DNA from: an uncultured archaeon
GTDB taxonomy: Archaea > Thermoplasmatota > Poseidoniia > MGIII > CG-Epi1
NCBI GenBank assembly: GCA_964651915.1
Contig: CAZYZI010000001.1
Coordinates: forward strand, 1-62,971
Length of the DNA stretch: 62,971 nt
Direction of reading: 5' to 3'
The notes under the pieces are model-generated. The model was not told the DNA's origin and did no database searches. It saw nothing but the letters and a program-made list of their open reading frames with translations. Of the stretch, positions 9,801 through 16,834 are shown one piece after another. How positions within the stretch are numbered: position 1 is the first letter of the stretch; every line of letters starts with the position of its first letter. The position numbers and the translations under genes were made by a program.

Positions 9801-10676
9801 CTGACAATCATCAGATGTATCATCTGGTGTATTGCTATCATACCATTGCTCATCAGCTCCATCTTCACAGTCTCCATTGCCATCATTTACGGCCTGGAAA
9901 CTGATTTCTTCACCATTACCACAAACAAAATCTGGTGTGGTTTTTACATCTGTTAAGAAATTAGTATGAATTATTAGTTCACCATCTGAATTCACATCAA
10001 ATGTCTGGACGTCATACAATACTGGTCTGCCACTATCCTCATAACTTCCATCATCCATAAAATCTCCAAACTCTGGAATTATGTATTCGTCCATTAAAGT
10101 TGTAGCATCAATGTGCCCAGCTTCGTAAGCAATAACTCCCCAAACAAATTGGCCACCATCATCCTCATTATCTCTCATGAAATCATCACACATTTCTGAA
10201 TTATTATCATAACAATAGTTGTACATTGCTGTCATACATTCGAACATATCTCCATTGCCTTCATCAAAACATTCTGTGAATGTTGCACAGGTTGCATCAT
10301 CCATCTCTGGTGGACATCTGAACTCATCATCATGACCATGCTCATCATCTGACATCATCGTCTCAACCCAGTGATCGAAACATTCTTGATTAATTTCCCC
10401 AGAATCTGTTCCTAACATCATTTCACACATATCTGATAATTCATAACGCGCATCATTAGACCAATCGATTGGCATTTCTAACTGAATTTCAATCATCCAA
10501 TCTTCCAACGACTCCATAGTCATAGTAGCGTAGACCGCTTCTGGTTCTACATCTCCATCATCACGATCATCTTCGTCGTGCTCGTCTGCACCAACATTAT
10601 ATGTTGGAACTGTGACGAAAGCACTCATGACCATCATGAAAAATACTGCTAGCGTAGCTAGTCGGCTTAAGTTCAT
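6828..10676 (-). CDS. Hyper-acidic, Cys/Trp-rich secreted surface protein with C-terminal plastocyanin-like domain and PGF-CTERM-like anchor
   Basis: 1282-aa ORF with an N-terminal signal peptide (LATLAVFFMMVMSAFVTVP) and very high Asp/Glu content. It has LDLa-like DG-x2-DC-x-DG-x-DE motifs, a type-1 copper domain near the C-terminus, and the tail SGLPSISFAVGALVLVGAAGLRRRIH. Confidence 0.9.
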   Translation of the reverse strand: MNLSRLATLAVFFMMVMSAFVTVPTYNVGADEHDEDDRDDGDVEPEAVYATMTMESLEDWMIEIQLEMPIDWSNDARYELSDMCEMMLGTDSGEINQECFDHWVETMMSDDEHGHDDEFRCPPEMDDATCATFTECFDEGNGDMFECMTAMYNYCYDNNSEMCDDFMRDNEDDGGQFVWGVIAYEAGHIDATTLMDEYIIPEFGDFMDDGSYEDSGRPVLYDVQTFDVNSDGELIIHTNFLTDVKTTPDFVCGNGEEISFQAVNDGNGDCEDGADEQWYDSNTPDDTSDDCQEWNDETCEGEEVNWFDCHDGSEVWINQVNNWEWNCEDGEDEYQEYHHYWWGDVYLFEGDLSAGITDFGNLENVAFGNSYCDWGDDNETYVHCDDFMEAELFAGTWSLVTIGSCHQEWDYDDEGNWLLVGYDCHGENDNHTNIGPYSHKLQFGDARWAMNGSIHHESMEMENFPHFDTWNDNDKEEFVMYQTQSFSIDTDSSVSIFSAGWHCYDWDEDGVDDECYGQHPGLYIYHGEDLIASNKHYYNDDMFCPVNSEDEDYSNCGYAFLEVDLVAGDYMVYTTFEGGINSASYYNNIDGAYVVVDGEESDEWDGYMSDNHWEWNEGDDDEFMQTVAYDGSVYDLVFEEFWNEAYDFEWGDNPKAFEEEFVSVYDLYENYENVLETEGEGCDGCTGNLDTMDAETSFDIKSQNEFENWASNYDFDSYWFQFMDENENDVYDSGEVYAVSSEGYGGNGGEEVLVEGTADRKHMPEADYHDYEPDCYDEETGEEIDCDDVFNMFIPIFMIAENATHYEDGNITADTAADNVVELFYILVEMGIFEGDGDDDGHEGEDGYWGEYYGGYCEWEGDEASGDGDTRWYCKYSDDEDWDTWWYYCEVYDDGEGNDRWVCTDDFGQSPVYESSVGNTYYKDGGRPNDIDGDGTGDECPFDMDNPESPCHVEACSSGPDNPDCQNYVSEYCDNVDDDGCDVMFRMVCYDSENDEVRHELMTPADCESAGFMWVPVADDGDDNPPLLDGIIGVSDPEDTDPIPMSENIVGALSDNEDKPMLSGTSFKLHFAGVDESLDVHSAHLPIAEEGETWHVEMILLEDYEVLSCEGCEDLVIDGSNAKFSADEPVTVHFGKGNTDECDEIVTVGDGGYSFEPAEITISAGDTVCWIWKGTVDVHNVAEIVTKFDADMILEDAKLGFYSGESTNTVDFRHTFTEDDKTHYYVCEPHATMGMVGTVTVGNGTEADPIEAIADESGLPSISFAVGALVLVGAAGLRRRIH
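6954..7244 (-). other. Cupredoxin (plastocyanin/halocyanin-like type-1 copper) domain of the 1282-aa protein
   Basis: ITISAGDTVCWIWKGTVDVHNV ... THYYVCEPHATMGMVGTVTV. The His, Cys-x2-His-x4-Met ligand set and the Y-x-C-x-P-H-x3-G-M-x-G signature are canonical. Confidence 0.8.
9672..9929 (-). other. LDL-receptor class A-like calcium-binding Cys/Asp motifs
   Basis: FVCGNGEEISFQAVNDGNGDCEDGADE and FDCHDGSEVWINQVNNWEWNCEDGEDE match the C-terminal half of the LDLa consensus (D-G-x2-D-C-x-D-G-S-D-E). Confidence 0.5.
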
Positions 10677-10798
10677 AATAAGGTTTGACGAAATTAGTAT
10701 ATATAATTAGTAGCCATAACATCTAAATACGTCAATAACAGTATTGTAGAAGAGTGAAATAGACTTAATTAAGTTAAAATTGTATTAAAATACGCTTT

Positions 10799-12211
10799 TT
10801 AACGAATCGCTACTGAGACTGCTGCCGCCATACACTTGGTTACTTTTTTGGCTGTAGGAATATGTAATTTCTCATCTGGACCGTGTGCATTTCCACCTGG
10901 CCCTCCAGCTCCTGTGATTATAAATTTAGAATCTGGATATCTAGATTGGAGCATTGCCATTACTGGGATTGTACCTCCTATAAACAACGACATTGGTGCG
11001 TTACCGTAGAATTGCTTACCTGCTTTTTCAAGCATTTCTGATAATTCTTCAGGAAGTTCTGGTGAAAGAAAACCATCTGCAACTTCTGTCATTACTGCAG
11101 AAACATGTGCGCCATTAGGTGGGTCTTTCTCAAGTAATTCTTGTACTTTCACGGCTACTTCTTCAGCACTTATCCCAGGAGGTGTTCTTATCGAGATCTT
11201 AAGATCTGTATTTGTTCTAAGAACATTACCGGCGTCTTGGATAGAAGGAATCCCATCTGCGCCAATAATAGAAAGGCTAGGTGACAAATTCATAGTTAAA
11301 AAAATATCGAGAGGATCGTTGACTTGTTTCTCAACTCCATCTAGTAATGGAAAATCCTCAGTTGATTCAGATTTCATTTCAATTATTTTGGTTGCTTGTT
11401 CCTTCATTTTATCTGTTATTTCTATGTGCAACCATTCAGGCTTTATTTCACCTGTATTTTCATCTTCAATTCTTGACAATAATTTTCTAGCTAATCGAAA
11501 TGAAGAAGGCATAACTCCGCTTCCGTGGCCTGAATGTACACCTACTGAGGATACTTTTACTGATAATGTACCGGCTACTATCCCTCTCAAACTTTCTGTA
11601 ACCCACAATCTATCATAATCAATTCCGCCAGTATCCAAAACAATTACTAAATCTGGAGTTCCAAGAACTGATTCTAACTCGTCTAAATAATAAGATAAAT
11701 CTGGTGATCCACTTTCTTCTCCTGTTTCTATTAGAAAACGGCATGTTGGATGTGAGACTCCCTGGTCCTGTAAAGCTAATACTGATAAAATTCCTGCATA
11801 ACCGCCATAACCATCATCTACACTTCCTCTACCGAATAACCATCCATCTTCAATAACTGGCTTCCAAGGTCCTTTACCTTCTGACCAACCACTAGCTTCA
11901 GGTTGCTTGTCAAGATGTGAATAAAATACAACTTCACCGTCTTCATCACCTTCAATTTTAACCAATAACAGAGGTGATCTGTTTTTCAAACGATGTACTG
12001 AAACTGTCAAACCCTTGAGAGGCAAACTACGGGTCCAAGCAACAAACGTGTTTACAGCCGCATCCAAATATCCATTAGCTTCCCAATCAGAATCAAATGA
12101 TGGCGATAAAGCGGGAATTTCTACAAACTCACACAAACTAGGTAAAGCTGACTTATCCCACCATTCCTCTACGAAATCAGATAATTTGTCTAAATCAAGC
12201 GAATTAGGCAT
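10799..12211 (-). CDS. M20-family metallopeptidase (dipeptidase/deacylase-like)
   Basis: 470 aa. VVFYSHLDKQPE, GRGSVDDGYG and ETGEESGS match the metal-binding and catalytic motifs of M20/M25/M40 peptidases. Confidence 0.8.
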   Translation of the reverse strand: MPNSLDLDKLSDFVEEWWDKSALPSLCEFVEIPALSPSFDSDWEANGYLDAAVNTFVAWTRSLPLKGLTVSVHRLKNRSPLLLVKIEGDEDGEVVFYSHLDKQPEASGWSEGKGPWKPVIEDGWLFGRGSVDDGYGGYAGILSVLALQDQGVSHPTCRFLIETGEESGSPDLSYYLDELESVLGTPDLVIVLDTGGIDYDRLWVTESLRGIVAGTLSVKVSSVGVHSGHGSGVMPSSFRLARKLLSRIEDENTGEIKPEWLHIEITDKMKEQATKIIEMKSESTEDFPLLDGVEKQVNDPLDIFLTMNLSPSLSIIGADGIPSIQDAGNVLRTNTDLKISIRTPPGISAEEVAVKVQELLEKDPPNGAHVSAVMTEVADGFLSPELPEELSEMLEKAGKQFYGNAPMSLFIGGTIPVMAMLQSRYPDSKFIITGAGGPGGNAHGPDEKLHIPTAKKVTKCMAAAVSVAIR

Positions 12212-12216
12212 GCTGT

Positions 12217-14034
12217 CTACAATCTTGGCTTGCGTAATATAGCTAAGCCTAAAACTGCAACGATAGAGACAACAAAACTCAAACCTGGAAGACTACTTTC
12301 TCCATCTGCAATTTCTCCAATTATTTGGTTTGCAGAACAACCATCTTCATCTACTTGGTCTCCAACTTTAGTTCCTGGACATCGATCGTTCTCATCATCA
12401 ATTCCATCATTATCGTCATCCATGTCTTCTTCGTCTTCAATACCATCGTTATCATCATCAGTATCAAAAGTATCAACTATTCCATCATCATCTGCGTCAG
12501 GATCTCCCTCTTCCTTTAGAATTTCATTTCTTTCCACATCTGTTAATGGAATAGCAGTGACATAAATCAAAATATCAGTCTCATTTTTCTCATCCCAATG
12601 CCATTCAGGCACTAGTGCCTTGTAATGATTAGTGCCATTCATTTCAAATTCAACAACCATTCCCATCCAATCCAAATGACAACGATTATCATTAATAAAT
12701 TTGTCAAAACCCCATATTTCTAAACAATCTTCTGGACCTGCTTCATTAGGTTCGCCTTCTCCCCAAAATTCATTAGTGAAGTTTTCTCCTGTAACCCATT
12801 CCCAGCCTCCTCCTGGTTCTGAATAATTTAGATTATCCATGTTGTGAAAACCTCCAATCCAGTAAGCATGACCATCTAGGAGAGAGAAGACTAAATCTGC
12901 CTCTTCTTGACTGGTGATTGTTGCTAGGTGCCCATTAACTCCTTCATAAGTCAAAGATTCGGCATACTCCACTGCTTCATACCAATCATGTGAAGGAAAG
13001 TCAGTATATCCTTGACCAAAAGTTGCTTCAAAAGTCCCAACAGTTCCATTGTCTGCATAGAAACCAAACCGATATGGGTTGGTTATTCTTTCATCTTCCC
13101 ATGTATCTAAAGAATCTGTAGTAATATTTGTGAAGACTTCACCGTATCCTAAACTTATATGGAAACTAGTCTCCTTTCCTTTAAAGTCTTCATCTGGCCA
13201 CTCAAATTTTAAAGTGTGATTATCTGGTGTATGAGTTGCGTTAGGAAACTCAATATGCATCCATTGTCCAATCCAAAGACGATTATCTTTCTGAGATGAA
13301 ACACCTCCAATTAAATGAGAAGTTGGACCTACGCTCTCAAATTCCCAGTTAGACCAAACTGCTTGAACTCCATCAATTTCCAATGTTGGACCGCCTTGTG
13401 TAGTTGTATCTCTGTCATAATGCTCTCTAAGCAACTCATCCTCAATTTCTCTGATTTTATCGGCCGCGTCATCTTCATTCTTTAATGTATCATTTACATT
13501 ATCCAAACGCTTAGTCATCACACCACGTGGAACTCCATCAGACATAGATTCCATGACAAAATTTTCTCTTACCCATGTTATCATGTCTAAAGTAACTAGC
13601 TCATTGGCTGAAACATTGTAATCTAAAAACATTTTTGCTTTACCGTCATATGTTCTTGTCAAATTAGATATATTTTCTATTCCTTTATCTGCATCTATTG
13701 TACCTTCAGCTACAGAAGTAAGAACAGAATTAACGTTTTGAACATATTCTTTATCTAATAAGGAAATTTTGTAACTTTTTATTAATAATTCTCTAAATTT
13801 TTCAGATTCATCTGAAGAATATTCTCTACGCATGTAAACTGAACCGCTGAAATCAGGATAGTCTCCTTCACCATGATATTTAGAATTTAATTCATGAATA
13901 TGCAAATCATAATACAAATATGGTTGATCTTCATAAAATTCTTCACTTTCTTCAGCTTTGTAAACTGGAGAAAGAAACATTCCACTCAAAAGAAGTGATG
14001 CGAACAAGCCTAGTGCTAGTACCTTTCGGAACAT
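12217..14034 (-). CDS. Secreted protein with C-type lectin domain, thrombospondin-type-3-like Asp repeats and PGF-CTERM-like anchor
   Basis: 605 aa with a signal peptide. CTLD motifs are WIGG, GGGWEWVTG, GEPNEAGPEDCLEIW and INDNRC. The Asp-repeat block is DADDDGIVDTFDTDDDNDGIEDEEDMDDDNDGIDDENDRCPG..DQVDEDGC. The tail is SSLPGLSFVVSIVAVLGLAILRKPRL. Confidence 0.88.
   Translation of the reverse strand: MFRKVLALGLFASLLLSGMFLSPVYKAEESEEFYEDQPYLYYDLHIHELNSKYHGEGDYPDFSGSVYMRREYSSDESEKFRELLIKSYKISLLDKEYVQNVNSVLTSVAEGTIDADKGIENISNLTRTYDGKAKMFLDYNVSANELVTLDMITWVRENFVMESMSDGVPRGVMTKRLDNVNDTLKNEDDAADKIREIEDELLREHYDRDTTTQGGPTLEIDGVQAVWSNWEFESVGPTSHLIGGVSSQKDNRLWIGQWMHIEFPNATHTPDNHTLKFEWPDEDFKGKETSFHISLGYGEVFTNITTDSLDTWEDERITNPYRFGFYADNGTVGTFEATFGQGYTDFPSHDWYEAVEYAESLTYEGVNGHLATITSQEEADLVFSLLDGHAYWIGGFHNMDNLNYSEPGGGWEWVTGENFTNEFWGEGEPNEAGPEDCLEIWGFDKFINDNRCHLDWMGMVVEFEMNGTNHYKALVPEWHWDEKNETDILIYVTAIPLTDVERNEILKEEGDPDADDDGIVDTFDTDDDNDGIEDEEDMDDDNDGIDDENDRCPGTKVGDQVDEDGCSANQIIGEIADGESSLPGLSFVVSIVAVLGLAILRKPRL
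12337..12507 (-). other. Thrombospondin type 3-like calcium-binding Asp-rich repeats
   Basis: Reiterated D-x-D-x-D-G-[IV]-x-D units ending in NDRCPG...DQVDEDGC, as in TSP3/OmpA-associated repeats. Confidence 0.55.
12640..12993 (-). other. C-type lectin-like domain (CTLD) with EPN / ND sugar- and Ca-binding motifs
   Basis: HLATITSQEEADLVFSLL, YWIGG, WEWVTGENF, WGEGEPNEAGPEDCLEIW, FINDNRCHL. The order and spacing match the canonical CTLD long-loop region. Confidence 0.7.
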
Positions 14035-14114
14035 ATTGATATGTTAACGCTACGGTATTTATGGGTATCTAAATTGAAACGCAACTATAAAGACCCTATG
14101 ATTTGCTCAAGAAT

Positions 14115-15125
14115 ATGGCAGTTTGGTATCGCTCCCATTTAATTCCATTCGGATTGGCTTTGATTGCCTTTTTGATTATAACAACAGGAGGATGGATTCG
14201 TATAAGTGATGCTGGAGAAAGCTGCCCAGACTGGCCACAATGTTTTGGAACTTGGGGATTTGATGTATCTGAAGAAGAACAGGCCCAATGGTGGGAAGAA
14301 AATCCTGATGAAATTGATTCAAGAGGTGCTCAACATAGATATACTACAGACCAAATTTTCACTGAATGGGCGCATCGAGGTTTAGTTGGTATAATTGGTA
14401 TTTTAGTCATTTATAGTCATTATACTGCTTGGTCACTTAAAGAGCAAATTGGATCGCGTACTTACAGAACTCATTATGTTGCAACTGTATTCTTGGTTCT
14501 TCAAGCTGTTTTAGGCTACATTACAGTAGATTTAGATAATGCACCATGGACTGTTTCCCTTCACTTGTTCATGGCACTTATGTTTACATCATCACTATTA
14601 GCAGTGAGTCTCTTCTGGTGGCAAGGGCAAGAAGGATTGCCCGATAATTTAACAGTAAAAAATGTAAATTCACAAAATCAAAATATAATTTCATTAGTTA
14701 TGATATTAATTCTAATACAATTACTAATTGGAGCTTATCTTTCAACTAGTTATCATAGAGGCGCATGTGGAGTTGGTACTACTGGTTGGCCTCTTTGTTC
14801 AAGCAAAATAATACCTTCTTTTTCAGAATTTGGAGTTTTACTACAATTAACACATCGATTTTCAGCATTAGCTATTGGAGTAATTTTAGTCTGGGCAAAA
14901 ATGCAAATGGAAGATGAAATAATTATCAAGATATTTAATTGGGCCCTTGGATTTTTTGGTTTAAATATTGCACTTGGTGGAATTTATATTGTTTCAGCAA
15001 GTGAGGGGGAATTTCCTGGATGGATTTCATTACTACACTTATTAGTTGGAGCTCTAACTTTCTTGTCAATTGCAATAGCTTACATTTTATGTGTCATCTC
15101 TAAAGAGGAGAAATCCAATGACTAA
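14115..15125 (+). CDS. ctaA: Haem A synthase (CtaA/COX15)
   Basis: ISDAGESCPDWPQCFG plus paired His-containing helices (HRG, HLFMA, THRF, LHLL) match COX15/CtaA. The ORF track opens at TTG 14103; I prefer the in-frame ATG at 14115. Confidence 0.88.
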   Translation: MAVWYRSHLIPFGLALIAFLIITTGGWIRISDAGESCPDWPQCFGTWGFDVSEEEQAQWWEENPDEIDSRGAQHRYTTDQIFTEWAHRGLVGIIGILVIYSHYTAWSLKEQIGSRTYRTHYVATVFLVLQAVLGYITVDLDNAPWTVSLHLFMALMFTSSLLAVSLFWWQGQEGLPDNLTVKNVNSQNQNIISLVMILILIQLLIGAYLSTSYHRGACGVGTTGWPLCSSKIIPSFSEFGVLLQLTHRFSALAIGVILVWAKMQMEDEIIIKIFNWALGFFGLNIALGGIYIVSASEGEFPGWISLLHLLVGALTFLSIAIAYILCVISKEEKSND

Positions 15126-16035
15126 TGAAAAACCATCTTTAGCCAAAATTTATTGGATTCTAATGAAACCAAGGGTTGTATTCCTTCTACAGGCTACTGC
15201 AATATGTGGAGTTTTAGTTTATGATTTTAGTGAAGGATACAAGAGAGAAGGATGGACGCCTATTGATAGTATAAGAACTTCTTTAATTGTATTATTTGGA
15301 GGTTCACTTGCAAGCGGGGGATCTATGGCTGTCAATATGTGGTATGAAAGAGATATAGATCCATTAATGGAAAGGACCGAAAGTAGACCTATACCATCTG
15401 GTTTCATATCTCCAAATCATGCATTGATTTTTGGAATTGTTATGTGTTTGATAGGAATTGCGATTGTGACATTTCTTTCTGTACCTGAAGCAGGAATGAT
15501 TACTGGATTCAGTGCCTTCTTCTATGTTTTCATATACACTATGTTTTTGAAGAGAAGAACGCCACAAAATATCGTAATCGGCGGTTTAGCAGGAGCAACA
15601 CCTCCTGCAATTGGCTGGATTGCAGCTGGAGGAAATGTAACTGATGTTTTACCTTGGTTAATGGTATTGACTATATTCATGTGGACTCCACCTCATTTTT
15701 GGTCTCTTACTCTTTCCAAAAGGCGCGACTATGGAGAGGCAGGAGTACCAATGCTACCTGTAGTCAAAGGTGAAGATGTTACAAGGAATCACATTGTGGC
15801 TTATACACTTATTTTAGTAATAACTAGTCTAATGATAATTACTATTGGAAATTCTGGATTATTCTTTCTTGTTACAGGTATGCTTCTGTCACTTTACTTC
15901 TGTTACCTCGCATTCTCTCTAAGAAGCAGTAAATCCGAAGAACATGCGTGGAATTTGTTTAAATTTTCTAATATTTATCTCTATTCGTTATTCATCTGCC
16001 TTGTTATTGATTCTAAATTTCATTTTACTTTTTGA
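15091..16035 (+). CDS. ctaB: Protohaem IX farnesyltransferase (haem O synthase, CtaB/CyoE)
   Basis: UbiA-superfamily motifs NMWYERDIDPLMERTESRP and TPPHFWSL. The alternative ATG at 15118 would reduce the overlap with ctaA to 8 nt. Confidence 0.9.
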   Translation: MSSLKRRNPMTNEKPSLAKIYWILMKPRVVFLLQATAICGVLVYDFSEGYKREGWTPIDSIRTSLIVLFGGSLASGGSMAVNMWYERDIDPLMERTESRPIPSGFISPNHALIFGIVMCLIGIAIVTFLSVPEAGMITGFSAFFYVFIYTMFLKRRTPQNIVIGGLAGATPPAIGWIAAGGNVTDVLPWLMVLTIFMWTPPHFWSLTLSKRRDYGEAGVPMLPVVKGEDVTRNHIVAYTLILVITSLMIITIGNSGLFFLVTGMLLSLYFCYLAFSLRSSKSEEHAWNLFKFSNIYLYSLFICLVIDSKFHFTF

Positions 16036-16099
16036 GTAATCAGCTTTAATAAACCCATTCTAAATTGCTGAAACTAATAGTATTTCTTGAGGAAATAAA

Positions 16100-16834
16100 A
16101 TGTCACTAATTGGCGATTTAATAAGTTTTGAGAACCCCTCTGTCTGGAATGACTTCGGTGGTTCCTCTGGCGGGTTTACTGGTGTCGTTTGGCAGATGGC
16201 TATCTGGTCTGTAATTGTAGCTATTTTAGTAACTGGATGGTTGATTTACAACTTAATTTATTACAGACACACTGAAGGGGATCCTGACCACAAGGATGCT
16301 CTCAAAGCTGGTGTTTTCCCTCACGAAAGAGGTAATGCTATGATTGAAATTGCATGGACTATTGCTCCTTTAATTTTAGTTTCTTGGTTAACATTTATTT
16401 CCCTAGCGCCGTTAGACTATCTTTGGGATGTTGACGGTCAAGAAGAAGATTTGACTATCGAAGTCGAGGCAGGACAGTGGTACTGGCAATTTGGAACGCC
16501 AATATGTAGTGAAAAAGGCAATGAGAATTCTTGGTGTGTTGATGGATTATACCAACAACCTCTAAGCTTTGATAAATGTAAGAGCAACATAGATTGTTTA
16601 GAGATTCCTCACGGAGCTGTTGTTCATTTCAGACTAACTTCTAAAGATGTTTTACACGCTTTTAACTTTCCTGAAATTGGAATAAAACAAGACGTTATAC
16701 CTAATTTAGAAACTTTAGCTTGGCTCGATACTAACGAGGTCGAAACCGGCCAATACAGCATCTGGTGTGCAGAATATTGCGGTGATGACCACTCGAAAAT
16801 GGATGCTGATGTTTACATAACGGAGGTTCAATGA
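16100..16834 (+). CDS. coxB: Cytochrome c oxidase subunit II (CuA subunit, no fused cytochrome c)
   Basis: Two N-terminal TM helices, then the CuA site HAFNFPE ... CAEYCGDDHSKM (H, C-x-E-x-C-G-x2-H-x2-M). Extra 4-Cys insertion CSEKGNENSWC...CKSNIDC. Confidence 0.92.
   Translation: MSLIGDLISFENPSVWNDFGGSSGGFTGVVWQMAIWSVIVAILVTGWLIYNLIYYRHTEGDPDHKDALKAGVFPHERGNAMIEIAWTIAPLILVSWLTFISLAPLDYLWDVDGQEEDLTIEVEAGQWYWQFGTPICSEKGNENSWCVDGLYQQPLSFDKCKSNIDCLEIPHGAVVHFRLTSKDVLHAFNFPEIGIKQDVIPNLETLAWLDTNEVETGQYSIWCAEYCGDDHSKMDADVYITEVQ

Noticed and set aside
7474-9956. Cluster of 60-125-aa ORFs on both strands inside the 1282-aa acidic protein gene (for example 7916..8287, 7925..8179, 7950..8210, 9536..9956).
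   Set aside because: They are products of the biased GAT/GAA-rich codon composition of the real gene. The translations are His/Leu/Ile-rich nonsense, and the long frame has a signal peptide, a cupredoxin domain and a sorting tail.
12640-12993. The C-type lectin fold as a possible diversity-generating retroelement (DGR) variable-protein target.
   Set aside because: No reverse transcriptase gene and no template-repeat copy of the CTLD region is visible in the window. The domain is the classical Ca2+/EPN type rather than the DGR-associated CLec/FGE-like type.
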